Source of the DNA: a bacterium
GTDB lineage: Bacteria; SAR324; XYD2-FULL-50-16; G965216635
Direction of reading: 5' to 3'
Assembly (NCBI GenBank): GCA_965216635.1
Contig: OZ244188.1
Coordinates: forward strand, 1,152,001 to 1,216,000
DNA length: 64,000 nucleotides
Shown in pieces: positions 29,734 to 39,381 of this stretch. The first letter of the stretch is position 1. Each line of letters begins with the position of its first letter. The position numbers and the translations under genes are program-made. Under the pieces are notes generated by a model. That model saw nothing but the letters and a program-made list of their open reading frames with translations, had not been told where the DNA came from and searched no databases.

Positions 29734-30699
29734 ATGAAAAAAAAATTAACTATCATTCTTGCAAATCCAAGAAGTTTTTGTGCAGGAGTAGTCCGCGCTA
29801 TAGACATAGTAGAAAAAGCATTAGAAGTTTATGGAACGCCTATTTATAGCAAACACGAGATAGTTCATAACTCTTTTGTAGTGGAAAATTTACGAAAAAA
29901 AGGGGTTGTTTTTATTGAGGATTTAAACCAAGTTCCAGAAAAATCCGTAATCATTTTTTCTGCCCACGGAGTCTCTCCAGAAATTCGCAAAAAGGCAGAG
30001 CAAAGAAATTTAGAAATCATAGACGCCACCTGTCCTTTAGTGACAAAAGTTCACAAAGAAGCCCGAAGATACGCTCTCAGAGATTATGTGATTATTCTGG
30101 TAGGGCATCCAGAACATGTAGAAGTGATAGGCACCTTAGGACATGCTCCCAAGCAAACTATCGTGGTTAGCAACCTAGAGGAAATAAAAATGCTCAATAT
30201 AGCAAAAAATAGAAAAATTGCTTATATTACTCAAACCACTCTTTCCCTAGACGATACCGCAGAAATTGTAGCCGCTCTAAGAAAAAAATATCCTCAATTA
30301 GAATGCCCGTCTAAAGATGATATTTGTTATGCTACCCAAAATCGCCAAAACGCCGTTAAAGAAATGTGCAAGCGAGTAGATTTATTGATAGTTATCGGCT
30401 CTAGTATTAGCTCCAATACTTTGAGACTAGTAGAAATAGCGAAAAAGAAAAATATGCAAGTGTATCGTATAGAATCCAAAGACGAAATCAATAAAGAATG
30501 GTTTCAAAACATATCTTCTGTAGGTATTACTGCTGGAGCGTCTGCTCCTGAAGTGCTAGTCCAAGAAATTATCCAAAAAATAAGCGAAATTCGCAATATC
30601 GTTCAAGAAAACCTAAACTATATTAAGGAAAACACCTATTTTATTGTGCCTCCAAAACTAGAGAAAAAACTAGCCGAAAAAAGAGCTTCTGCTTCTTAA
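29734..30699 (+). CDS. ispH: 4-hydroxy-3-methylbut-2-enyl diphosphate reductase
   Basis: PRSFCAGV, DATCPLV.KVH, DICYATQNRQ, TAGASAP. Confidence 0.97.
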   Translation: MKKKLTIILANPRSFCAGVVRAIDIVEKALEVYGTPIYSKHEIVHNSFVVENLRKKGVVFIEDLNQVPEKSVIIFSAHGVSPEIRKKAEQRNLEIIDATCPLVTKVHKEARRYALRDYVIILVGHPEHVEVIGTLGHAPKQTIVVSNLEEIKMLNIAKNRKIAYITQTTLSLDDTAEIVAALRKKYPQLECPSKDDICYATQNRQNAVKEMCKRVDLLIVIGSSISSNTLRLVEIAKKKNMQVYRIESKDEINKEWFQNISSVGITAGASAPEVLVQEIIQKISEIRNIVQENLNYIKENTYFIVPPKLEKKLAEKRASAS

Positions 30700-30772
30700 A
30701 AAATGTATAAAATTTGCTTTAATATAAGATAAAGTTTATAATTATTATTTTATTTCAAACAGAAATCCAAAA

Positions 30773-31849
30773 ATGAATACAAAAGCAAAAATCAAAAGCC
30801 TTAAAATAAAAAATTTCCGCGGTATCAAGGAATTTGAACTAAAAGATTTAGGCAAAATCAATATTTTTGTAGGCAGAAATAGCGTTGGTAAAAGCACTAT
30901 TTTAGAATCTCTTTTTTTAATTACGGGATTAGGAGAAGCAGTAAATTTATACAGATTAGGAATTTTGAGAAAAGCACAGTTTAATAATTCTAGTGATTTT
31001 TCTATTCCTTTTTACGAACGGGATATTAACAATAAAATTAAAATAACCTTTGAAATAGAAAAAGAAAAAATCAATCTTGAAATAAACCCTATTTTTAACT
31101 CTCCACAGATTGGAGAAAAAAATATTGTAAAGATTCCTAATAACAATCAAACTGAAGAATTCTCTAACCAGCAGAAAATAAAAGGTTACGTATATTCCTT
31201 TCAAATCAATAAAAACAAATATTCTAGTATTTTTTGTGTAGATAATAATGGAGATTTAGTAGGGCAATCAGCAAAAAACTATAAACAAATTTATAGTAGT
31301 CAGATGTTTGCTGCAGAGATTAATACTGCAAGTATTCAAAAAATGATTCTTGATAACAAAAAACACGAACTCATTCAAGTGATGAAGAAAATCGTTCTTA
31401 ATATTGAAACTATGGAAGATATTTCTGGAGTAATACATATTAATATAGGGGCAGGTAAAAAACTTATTCCTATTAACTATATGGGGGATGGTTTGATTAA
31501 AATTGTAAATATTTTTGCTGTGATTAATACAATGGAAAATAATTTTGTAATTATTGACGAGGTAGAAAATGGGTTGCACTACAAATCTCAAAAATTTCTT
31601 TGGCAAATTATAGCCGAGCAGTCTTTAGAAAAAAATGTGGATTGCTTTATTTCTAGCCATAGTAAAGAAATGATGCAAGAACTCAACAAATTTCTAAAAG
31701 AAGAAGAGAACGCAAAGTATAGAGACCTATTTAAAATTCACACTCTTTTTTTGAGTAAAAAGACAGGTATTTTAAAGTCCAGTTCTTATGATTACAAAAA
31801 ATTTACAAGTTCTATAGACCGTGGGATTGAATTTAGAGGATTTCATTAG
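30773..31849 (+). CDS. ABC/AAA-type ATPase (AAA_15/AAA_21-like)
   Basis: IKNFRGI, G.NSVGKST, GDG, IIDEVENGLH, SSHS. Confidence 0.88.
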   Translation: MNTKAKIKSLKIKNFRGIKEFELKDLGKINIFVGRNSVGKSTILESLFLITGLGEAVNLYRLGILRKAQFNNSSDFSIPFYERDINNKIKITFEIEKEKINLEINPIFNSPQIGEKNIVKIPNNNQTEEFSNQQKIKGYVYSFQINKNKYSSIFCVDNNGDLVGQSAKNYKQIYSSQMFAAEINTASIQKMILDNKKHELIQVMKKIVLNIETMEDISGVIHINIGAGKKLIPINYMGDGLIKIVNIFAVINTMENNFVIIDEVENGLHYKSQKFLWQIIAEQSLEKNVDCFISSHSKEMMQELNKFLKEEENAKYRDLFKIHTLFLSKKTGILKSSSYDYKKFTSSIDRGIEFRGFH

Positions 31850-32398
31850 ATGGATAGAATAACTATAGCTGTGGAAGGAGTAGCAGATAAAAAATTTCTA
31901 AAAGATTTTTGTAAGTTTTTGAAACTGGGTATAGCAGATGAAAATTTTTTTGTCATAGACACAAATGTTGTTAGTGGAAAAGATGATATTAAAGTTAGGG
32001 TCAAGCAAGATAAAGAAGCGGAAATAGAAACTTATTTTATAATAGATGCAAATAGTAGTAGAGAAAAGTTCTTAGAAACTTTAGCAGATTCTGGAATACA
32101 AAAAGAAAATATTTTTACTTTCCCTGATAACAAAAGTAATGGAAATTTAGAAGACTTGATTAGAAAAATCTGTGTAGATAAAAACAATTTTTTTGAATGT
32201 ATGGATGATTTTAACAAATGTATTAGTGATAAGAAATTAAAACTTATAGACCCAAAAGCTGAAATCTATGCTTATGATTATGCTGTAGGTGGTGAGGGTA
32301 AAGAAGAATATAGAAAATACTATGACTCTAAAAACTATGATTTAAACCACCCTGCTTTAAACCCTCTCAAAAAATTTTTGCAAAGCAGATTTTCTTAA
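31850..32398 (+). CDS. DUF3226-like TOPRIM-fold partner protein
   Basis: VEG.AD..FL, IIDAN, FPDN...G.LE.L, KA.IYAY, L..PAL.PL..FL. Confidence 0.7.
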   Translation: MDRITIAVEGVADKKFLKDFCKFLKLGIADENFFVIDTNVVSGKDDIKVRVKQDKEAEIETYFIIDANSSREKFLETLADSGIQKENIFTFPDNKSNGNLEDLIRKICVDKNNFFECMDDFNKCISDKKLKLIDPKAEIYAYDYAVGGEGKEEYRKYYDSKNYDLNHPALNPLKKFLQSRFS

Positions 32399-32411
32399 AG
32401 TAAATCGCTCT

Positions 32412-33683
32412 ATGATAAAACAACTTCAAGCAGAAAATTTTAAGCTTTCTCTTTGGAAAGAAGAAAATAATCAAGCAGAATTTAAAAAAAAGGTTGAGTT
32501 TATTCTACAACAGGTTAGAGAGAAAGGAGATGAAGCACTATACCAACTCACGCGAGATATAGACAAGGTTTCTCTTAACAGTTTAAAAGTCCCGTTAGCA
32601 CAAATTCAAGACTCTGCTAAACAATTATCCAAGAAACAGCGGTTAGCAATACAGCAAGCAGCCAAAAACATCCGTCACTACCACGAAAAAACAATGCCTC
32701 AAAGTTGGCGAGAGGAAACTTCAGAGCTTTATTGGGGGCAAATATTTTCTCCTATTTCTAAAGTAGGAATTTATATTCCGGGTGGGCTAGCTGGTTATAT
32801 TTCCACAGTTTTGATGAACTGTATTCCAGCACAACTTGCAAGAGTAGAATCTATTCAAGTCGTTAGTCCCCCTACAAAATCTGGGTTGCCTCACAGTGTC
32901 GTTTTGGCGGCTTTAGATTTTTTAGGCATTAGCGAGGTTTTTGCTGTAGGAGGAGCTCAAGCTGTTGCTGCTTTAGCTTACGGCACGGAAAGTATAGCAA
33001 AAGTAGATCTAATCACAGGACCGGGAAACCACTTCGTAGCTGAAGCCAAAAGACAACTTTTTGGAACAGTGGGTATAGATTCTATTGCAGGTCCCAGCGA
33101 AATTGCCATTCTTTTAGACGAAAAAGATAATACTCCTTTGGAATGGATTGCAACGGATCTTGTAGCCCAAGCAGAACACGGGCATAATTCTAAAGCTCTT
33201 TTGGTCACTCACAATAGAGAAAAAGCAAAAAAAATAGCAGCTTGTGTGGATTCTTTGGTAGAAAAATCTCCAAAAAAAAATATACTCCAAGTGTCTATTA
33301 GTAAGTTTGGATTTATTATTACCACAAAAAACTTGAACGAGAGCATAAAAATTATAAACGAAGTAGCTGCAGAACATTTACAGATTTTTTCCACAAATAA
33401 AAGTATTTTAGCTAAAATCAAAAATGCTGGAGCTATTTTTTGGGGAAGCTATTCTCCGGTCGCGATGGGCGACTATGTGGCAGGAGCGAATCATACCCTA
33501 CCGACAGGTACAACAGCGAGATTTTCTTCTCCCTTAAACGTGAGCAGTTTTATGAAAAGCTCCTCTTTTATAGAATACAAAAAAACAGGTTTTCAAAAAC
33601 AAGCTTCATCAGCTTCTCTTTTAGCCGAGTTAGAAGGAGAAGTGGAACACGCAAATTCTATTTTTAGCAGGCTAAAAAAATGA
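32412..33683 (+). CDS. hisD: histidinol dehydrogenase
   Basis: GIYIPGG, GGAQA..ALAYGT, GPGN, AGPSE, QAEH, GDY.AG.NH.LPT. Confidence 0.97.
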   Translation: MIKQLQAENFKLSLWKEENNQAEFKKKVEFILQQVREKGDEALYQLTRDIDKVSLNSLKVPLAQIQDSAKQLSKKQRLAIQQAAKNIRHYHEKTMPQSWREETSELYWGQIFSPISKVGIYIPGGLAGYISTVLMNCIPAQLARVESIQVVSPPTKSGLPHSVVLAALDFLGISEVFAVGGAQAVAALAYGTESIAKVDLITGPGNHFVAEAKRQLFGTVGIDSIAGPSEIAILLDEKDNTPLEWIATDLVAQAEHGHNSKALLVTHNREKAKKIAACVDSLVEKSPKKNILQVSISKFGFIITTKNLNESIKIINEVAAEHLQIFSTNKSILAKIKNAGAIFWGSYSPVAMGDYVAGANHTLPTGTTARFSSPLNVSSFMKSSSFIEYKKTGFQKQASSASLLAELEGEVEHANSIFSRLKK

Positions 33684-34576
33684 AAATTCTCATCACAGGT
33701 GCTAGTGGCTTAATCGGTTCCGAATTAGTAGAAGAGCTTTATTTAAGCAGGCATGAAATTGTGGTGTTGACTAGAGATTTGGCTGTCGCTAAAAAAAAAT
33801 TACCTTATCTTATAAAATTTCATCTTTGGAAAAAAGGTGCGCCTCCTCAAGAAGCACTGCAAGGCATACAAGGGGTGATTAATCTTATGGGAGAAAACAT
33901 TGCAAAAAAAAGATGGACTAAAAGGCAGAAAAAAAAAATTTATGATTCTAGGGTTCAGAATACAAAAAGTTTAGTGCAAGCCTTAAAAGAGCAAAAACTA
34001 GATTTTTTTATCTCTGCATCTGCTATTGGTTATTATCCAAACTGTAGCTCTCAAAACTTGGTAGAAGAATCTGCTACGGGAAAAGGGTTTTTAGCAGAGG
34101 TTTGTAAAGCTTGGGAAAAAGAAGCCTTGCAAGCCAAAGCTAAAAAGATAGTTATTTTGCGGTTAGGAGCTGTTTTAAGTTCTAAAGGAGGCGTTTTAGC
34201 AAAATTGATTCCTATATTCCGCATGAATTTAGGAGGTAGTATAGGTTTAGGAAAAAGAGCTTTTAACTGGATTCATTTCAAAGATGTGGTTTATTTTCTT
34301 CGCCTCGCCGTTTCAGAAAAAAAATACAACGGCGTTTTTAATTTAGTAAGTCCCAATCCTGTTAGCAATAAAAAATTCACCAAAATTCTAGCGCAAACTT
34401 TACAAAGAACCGCTTTTTTTCCTATAGCTCCCATTTTTTTAAAAATGGTTTATGGAGAAATGTCTAGTTTGCTATTAAACGAGCAAAGAGTAATCCCTCA
34501 AAAACTTTTACAGTTACAACACCCTTTTTTGTATCCTGATATTAAGGATGCTCTTGCTAGTATTATAGACTTTTGA
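33680..34576 (+). CDS. TIGR01777/YfcH-like NAD(P)-dependent epimerase
   Basis: ITGASGLIG, SASAIGYY, GFLA.VC.AWE, WIH..D. Confidence 0.92.
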   Translation: MKILITGASGLIGSELVEELYLSRHEIVVLTRDLAVAKKKLPYLIKFHLWKKGAPPQEALQGIQGVINLMGENIAKKRWTKRQKKKIYDSRVQNTKSLVQALKEQKLDFFISASAIGYYPNCSSQNLVEESATGKGFLAEVCKAWEKEALQAKAKKIVILRLGAVLSSKGGVLAKLIPIFRMNLGGSIGLGKRAFNWIHFKDVVYFLRLAVSEKKYNGVFNLVSPNPVSNKKFTKILAQTLQRTAFFPIAPIFLKMVYGEMSSLLLNEQRVIPQKLLQLQHPFLYPDIKDALASIIDF

Positions 34577-34598
34577 ATTTGCCAAATTCAAAGCTCTA
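34566..34598. mobile_element. 33-bp minimal palindromic element with TATTA duplication; supplies the last codons and stop of the upstream gene
   Basis: TATTA|TAGACTTTTGAATTTGCCAAATTCAAAGCTCTA|TATTA. Confidence 0.88.
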
Positions 34599-34604
34599 TA
34601 TTAT

Positions 34605-36035
34605 TTAAAAACCTTGCGGTCTCAATTTTTCAAACATCCCGCAAAACTTAGTATCAGGATAGTTATTTTTTAGATAATCAAACCAAAGATTATGTAAATA
34701 ATCGGAATCTTTTTGTGGCGACTTCAAAAGCAAATGATTTCTTAAATCCCTTCCTTTTTCTACTGTATAAGCACTGCTAGCAACCAAAAATTTTTTTTGA
34801 TGCCTTTCAAATAAGCCTTTTATTTCAGGAATCGTATCTGCTTGCAGTAAGTATTTTTTTTCCAGACTGGATATTTTTACAAAATCGTAAGCGGACAATA
34901 AGACAAAAGCCCTTTTATTAAAATAAGGTAAAAGATAAAAAAGCTCTTTTCTTTGTATTGTATCTCCCGTAAAAAGAGAAAAAAATTGAAACCGAAGACG
35001 AGGTAAGATGCTATAATTAGCTCCTTTACCTTGCACTGCTTTGGCAAAGCTATACTCCAAACATCTTTTATAATCTGTTCCTCCTTTGTATCTCCAAAAT
35101 GTGTTATGTTGTAAATATTTAGAAAATCCATCTTTCACCACAACTGTTTTTTTTTGAGTCCAGTGTGGGATAGCTGTGATTTTTTTATCTTTCAATGAAA
35201 TATTCAATTCTAACCAACCAAAACCTTTACTCGCAGGAGTCGCTACGGGAATGTTTTGTATTCTTTCTAATGAAGGAGCAGTTTTTATAGAAGAACTTCG
35301 GCTAGCCAGAGACAAAGGAATTGTAGCAGAAATGAGTAAATCCCAATTTGGGAAATAGGTTACAACTTGCTCCAAATTAGGAATATTGTTACTAGGAGAA
35401 AAAAATCTACTTAAATGAAAAACACCTATAACAAAATCAGGTTTTTCTTTTTTTATATTCTTTTGGATTTGTTGGAGACTTTTTTTCCAATCCAAAAATC
35501 TCCAAGAAGACTTTGAGAACGAAGAATAACTCAATGAAAATTCAGGATAAGATAAAGCCGTAATAAAAATTTTTTTATTTGCCTTGTGAAAAATCTTGTA
35601 GTTTTGAATGGAAGGATGTTTGAGATTTGCAGAAATTAAATTTAATTTCTGTTTTGCTAAAATTTGATCTAAAATATCTAGGTTTCTTAAATCTAGGTTG
35701 CCTAAATTGATCAAATCGTAATTTAAGTTAAGAAAATTTTTTAAGAAGAGGTTTTTTTCTAGTGGTAATTGTTGGAAGGAATAAAAACTCCTCGCAGAAC
35801 CATAGAAAAAATCTCCAGCGTCTAGCAAAAGAGCTTGTGGGTAAGTCTGTTTTTTTTGGTGAAGCTCTTTTATTAAAAAAGCTAATCCTCTTTTTTTTGA
35901 TTGAGGATAAAAATCTTTACTATTCCACCAACCTTGTTGGTTAGCAGTAATAAATAATTTTAAATGAAAATTTGGTTCTGCCTTTATAGGAAAGACAATA
36001 AAAACAAATAAAAAAATGCACAGAACATTTTTCAT
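34605..36035 (-). CDS. divergent 5'-nucleotidase/metallophosphoesterase-like exported protein
   Basis: LLLDAGD.F.GS retained; GNHD appears as GNLD and D.HG as NQQG. Confidence 0.65.
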   Translation of the reverse strand: MKNVLCIFLFVFIVFPIKAEPNFHLKLFITANQQGWWNSKDFYPQSKKRGLAFLIKELHQKKQTYPQALLLDAGDFFYGSARSFYSFQQLPLEKNLFLKNFLNLNYDLINLGNLDLRNLDILDQILAKQKLNLISANLKHPSIQNYKIFHKANKKIFITALSYPEFSLSYSSFSKSSWRFLDWKKSLQQIQKNIKKEKPDFVIGVFHLSRFFSPSNNIPNLEQVVTYFPNWDLLISATIPLSLASRSSSIKTAPSLERIQNIPVATPASKGFGWLELNISLKDKKITAIPHWTQKKTVVVKDGFSKYLQHNTFWRYKGGTDYKRCLEYSFAKAVQGKGANYSILPRLRFQFFSLFTGDTIQRKELFYLLPYFNKRAFVLLSAYDFVKISSLEKKYLLQADTIPEIKGLFERHQKKFLVASSAYTVEKGRDLRNHLLLKSPQKDSDYLHNLWFDYLKNNYPDTKFCGMFEKLRPQGF

Positions 36036-36184
36036 TGTAAGGAGGTTTTTCTGGATTTGAAGAAAAAAAGATTTTAGTTAGGCTGTGGATATAGGTCTCT
36101 ATCAGGACTCACTCTAGCCCCCTGATGTGAATTGTAATGGTTTTTGGTGGAGAGAGTGACAAATTCTGCTAAGATGTTTTAAGA

Positions 36185-36345
36185 TCTGTGGGATGAAATT
36201 TAGTAGACTTTTACAATGCTTAATAACACCTAAACTCAAACTAGGAGCCACCCTCCAACCCTTAATAGGAGGATCGGATTAGGGTTGGAGAATGACAAAA
36301 TCGCTTGTCCGCAGTAGCGGGAAAAAGAAATGGATTTTATAGACC
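36185..36345 (+). ncRNA. candidate structured RNA (6S RNA-like)
   Basis: TAGGAGCC, long hairpin CTCCAACCCT(T)AA/TTAGGGTTGGAG, then CCGC-AGTA-GCGG; boundaries approximate. Confidence 0.35.
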
Positions 36346-37767
36346 TTAATTACTTACCTTCTTCTTTAGATCTCTTAACATTTCAATATTTTTCCTATCA
36401 CCTGTAAATTCTTCTGCTATTTCCAATAATTTTTTGGATGTTGCGGGAGCTATATTAGGTGTTTCTTCGCCTATAGTCTGTTGTATAGCATTGACGATAC
36501 TATTGAAAGCAAAACTCCTTGCTTGTTGTCTTAACTCAAAGAGTAGATTTAAGTGTTTGTCGCTAGTCACATTGATACCAGCTTGATTAATACTAGCAAC
36601 TAGTTCTTGAGTTTGAGATGCTACAGAGCTAACATCATTCTCTTTTCTAATTTGTTGTAGTGTAGCTCTATGTTTATCAATAATAGCAGCAAAGGCTGAT
36701 TGCTCTTTTTGATCTTCTTCAAAGAAGGGACTAAAAGAAATAGATTTTTCCTCTTGGCTAGCCAAAGAGTTATAGCTATTGCGATAAAAAAAGGTTATAA
36801 ATAAATCCCTCTTACCAAACTTAGAGATTTGAGGTGCAAGATTTGTCAGCAATGGATTAAACCTCATCTTCAGTAAAGTTCTAGAAATATATCTTGCATC
36901 ATTGACAATCTCAATATCCTTTAAATATTCGTGCTGAGTTGCTAAATCAAATTTTCCAGTAATTACCGTGTTGGGAATAGTTATGTAGAGCAAATAGCTC
37001 TTATATTTTTTTTGTTCTAAAATTTCTATACCAATCATTTCTTCTGTTAAAAGACTGTCTTGGTCTAGGGTTAATTGAATAGAAAATTGAGGGGTTCCTC
37101 CTAAATTCAAATCTAGATTGTGAAATTGGATATTTTCAATAGAATAAATTTTATCCATTACCCTTATTTCTGGATAGGTTCCAGCTAAAAGCCTTTGCTC
37201 TTCTAATAACCTATAAGCGTCGTAGTAAGTAATATAATCTCTTTCTCCGTTGTGAAGTTCTATGCTATAATGATAGGTGTGTCCTTGTATGTTCTTCCCA
37301 AAACGGCTTTCTATAGCGTAGGGTACAATGTTGATGGCTTTGATAGTGTGTAAGATACTCTGCCCTGCGAGAGGGTCGTCTCCGCTGTAATATTTAAGGT
37401 AGCTTTTTGCATTTAAAGCAACTTTACGGAATTCTTTTCTATCTAAAACAACAAAGCTGCTACTCTCTGAAAAAGGAAAAACTAAAACTTTATTATTTCT
37501 TAAAAAAATTTTTTCACCAACAGCTAATTTTTGAAGGTAGCTAATAAACAATTTGTATATTTTCCCAGTTTGAGAAATACCTTCAAGATAATATCGTTCG
37601 TTACCTACTTTTTTAATGTCTATCGCTACTAAAAAATCGTCTTCAATAGAAGCGTGCATTAAAACACTAGCTAGGTTTCTAGCATTCTGTATATCTGTAT
37701 ACTTTGGACTAGCTACCAATACAGATAGATTCAAACAGAATAAAACTACAATGATAATTTTTTTCAT
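36346..37767 (-). CDS. hypothetical exported protein
   Basis: 473-aa ORF with signal peptide. Confidence 0.75.
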   Translation of the reverse strand: MKKIIIVVLFCLNLSVLVASPKYTDIQNARNLASVLMHASIEDDFLVAIDIKKVGNERYYLEGISQTGKIYKLFISYLQKLAVGEKIFLRNNKVLVFPFSESSSFVVLDRKEFRKVALNAKSYLKYYSGDDPLAGQSILHTIKAINIVPYAIESRFGKNIQGHTYHYSIELHNGERDYITYYDAYRLLEEQRLLAGTYPEIRVMDKIYSIENIQFHNLDLNLGGTPQFSIQLTLDQDSLLTEEMIGIEILEQKKYKSYLLYITIPNTVITGKFDLATQHEYLKDIEIVNDARYISRTLLKMRFNPLLTNLAPQISKFGKRDLFITFFYRNSYNSLASQEEKSISFSPFFEEDQKEQSAFAAIIDKHRATLQQIRKENDVSSVASQTQELVASINQAGINVTSDKHLNLLFELRQQARSFAFNSIVNAIQQTIGEETPNIAPATSKKLLEIAEEFTGDRKNIEMLRDLKKKVSN

Positions 37768-37780
37768 AATTTTTTTTAAA

Positions 37781-37917
37781 AACCTTTTGAATTTGTGTTA
37801 TGCGACGGCAAGGCAAGGCAAAAAAATTTTAGCTCGCTGGAATACTGGAGTATTTCAAGAGTTAAAATTTTTTTTTAACAACGCATAGGCTAAACAGAAC
37901 ACAAATTCAAAGGTTTT
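37781..37917. mobile_element. palindromic element copy 13 nt upstream of a start codon
   Basis: TTTGAATTTGTGTT/AACACAAATTCAAA ends; GAATACTGGAGTATTTC core. Confidence 0.9.
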
Positions 37918-37919
37918 TT

Positions 37920-38798
37920 TTATTCAATAATAAGAATTTCTACATCCACTTCCTTCTTTTTACTCTCACTTATAAAGGGTATAATTACATAAACATCTCT
38001 TAATAAATCAGATAGATAGATAGCGGATAGATAGTGATCGTTTTTGAAGTAAATCACATTTCTACCATAATTTTCCATCGGCATTTGAGTGATGCTCACC
38101 ACATTAAGTTTCAAATCTAAAGATCTTTCAATACGGCTTTTTTTATTTTTCAAAAGAAGGCTAGATAGATTATAAGCTTTCTTTTTTGTAGCCCGATTAT
38201 GTAAAATTGTTATATTTAGCCGTTCAGGTTTTTTATAAACTTTAGAAATTGTAATGCTGTCTCCAATAGGATTACTTTGTATGCTGTCATTTTCTACTAT
38301 ACTACTCGTAGCAGCTGTGTTTGTTGTAGCAGCTGTGTCTGTTATAGCAGGTGTTTCTATAATTTCTACAGATTCAGTCAAATTTAAATTGATGTTAACT
38401 TTCTTTTTCTTGATAACAACACTAGAAATTTCAATATTTTGGCTAGTAACCAGCTTTATACGAGTAGCTACTTCTTCTCCTAGTGATACCTCTGACAGTT
38501 CTATATTACTGATTTTTTCTGCGATGGAATTTTTTATTTTTTTGTTTTTGGCTTTTCCTAAAAAAGTTTTTTGTAGCTCAATAACAAAACCATCGGCTTC
38601 TTTTATCAGCAAAATAGCATCTTCTGTGAACGGCTTAAAAGAGCCACGTAAGTCTAAACAAACTCTCTTTTTAGAGGAATTTAAAGCAACTTTATTCAAT
38701 GTAGAAGTAGGAACTTCTTGTGCCTTAAGCAATGAATCTGTGAAGAATAGGCTAAAACAGAAAATAGCAATAATGTAAGCCAAAGAGCGCTTTTTCAT
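37920..38798 (-). CDS. exported protein with putative LytR C-terminal-like domain
   Basis: Signal peptide, Thr/Ser linker, I.ILHN...A..LS..L...IYF...A..L...DVEILI. Confidence 0.55.
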   Translation of the reverse strand: MKKRSLAYIIAIFCFSLFFTDSLLKAQEVPTSTLNKVALNSSKKRVCLDLRGSFKPFTEDAILLIKEADGFVIELQKTFLGKAKNKKIKNSIAEKISNIELSEVSLGEEVATRIKLVTSQNIEISSVVIKKKKVNINLNLTESVEIIETPAITDTAATTNTAATSSIVENDSIQSNPIGDSITISKVYKKPERLNITILHNRATKKKAYNLSSLLLKNKKSRIERSLDLKLNVVSITQMPMENYGRNVIYFKNDHYLSAIYLSDLLRDVYVIIPFISESKKKEVDVEILIIE

Positions 38799-38888
38799 AG
38801 TATATAGATTTTTATTTATAAAAATATTAAAAACTACAAGGCAAGATGTGTGCCCAAGTTAGTCTTTAATTCTCTGTAGGAAAATTGA

Positions 38889-38962
38889 AACCTTGTGAAT
38901 TAGACATTCTGATACTTCAACGCTGCATAGCGCTAAACTAGATAAGCAAATTCAAAAGTCTA
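38889..38962. mobile_element. internally deleted palindromic element
   Basis: GAATTAGACATTCT...GCTAAACTAGATAAGCAAATTCAAAAGTCTA. Confidence 0.8.
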
Positions 38963-38988
38963 TAAAAGTTTTTATAGCTGGTTGTTTT

Positions 38989-39017
38989 ATTTTGGCAAAT
39001 TCTCTTTTTAAAGTCAA
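38989..39017 (-). promoter_or_regulatory. repeated promoter module copy 1 (TTGACT-17-CAAAAT); others at 40857-40885, 41796-41824, 43480-43508, 44673-44700, 46012-46039
   Basis: Six homologous copies, each upstream of a minus-strand gene; last two are TTGACT-16-TAAAAT. Confidence 0.7.
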
Positions 39018-39058
39018 GCCCCCAAAAAAGAAAAAACCAAATAAAAAAACAAATGCAT

Positions 39059-39336
39059 TGCAGGGGACATTTTTTTTGCTCCAAATGGTTGACTAAGCAA
39101 CCATTTTTGGTAAAAATGTGTCCCCGTTCTTAAATAAGATGTATTTGTGGAATGCGGGGACACATTTTTTGCTGAATTAGACATTCTAGTTCGGCTATGC
39201 GGCGTTAAAAAAAAATTTTAACTCTTGAAATATTACATATATTCCAGCGAGCTAAAATTTTTTTTTTGTCTTGCCTAGACTTCCTATAATGCCTAATTTT
39301 ATTTGTGGGACGGGTTTTTAAAAAACATCCCCTACA
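39059..39336. repeat. REP-like inverted repeat block TGCAGGGGACATTTTT...AAAAACATCCCCTACA with nested hairpins and a palindromic element (39173-39300)
   Basis: Inner perfect 15-bp IR AAAAATGTGTCCCCG/CGGGGACACATTTTT; homologous blocks at 41866-41935 and 43550-43696. Confidence 0.85.
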
Positions 39337-39381
39337 GATTTTTTAAAGCTCCCTTATGATAGGCATTTTCCAGAAGCTTCC

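Noticed and set aside
37616..37888. 90-aa plus-strand ORF (likewise 57360-57545)
   Set aside because: Antisense to a real gene and/or read through a palindromic element; no independent coding evidence
38254..38778. 174-aa plus-strand ORF and similar long antisense ORFs (1818, 3885, 22845, 58246)
   Set aside because: Fully antisense to better-supported genes
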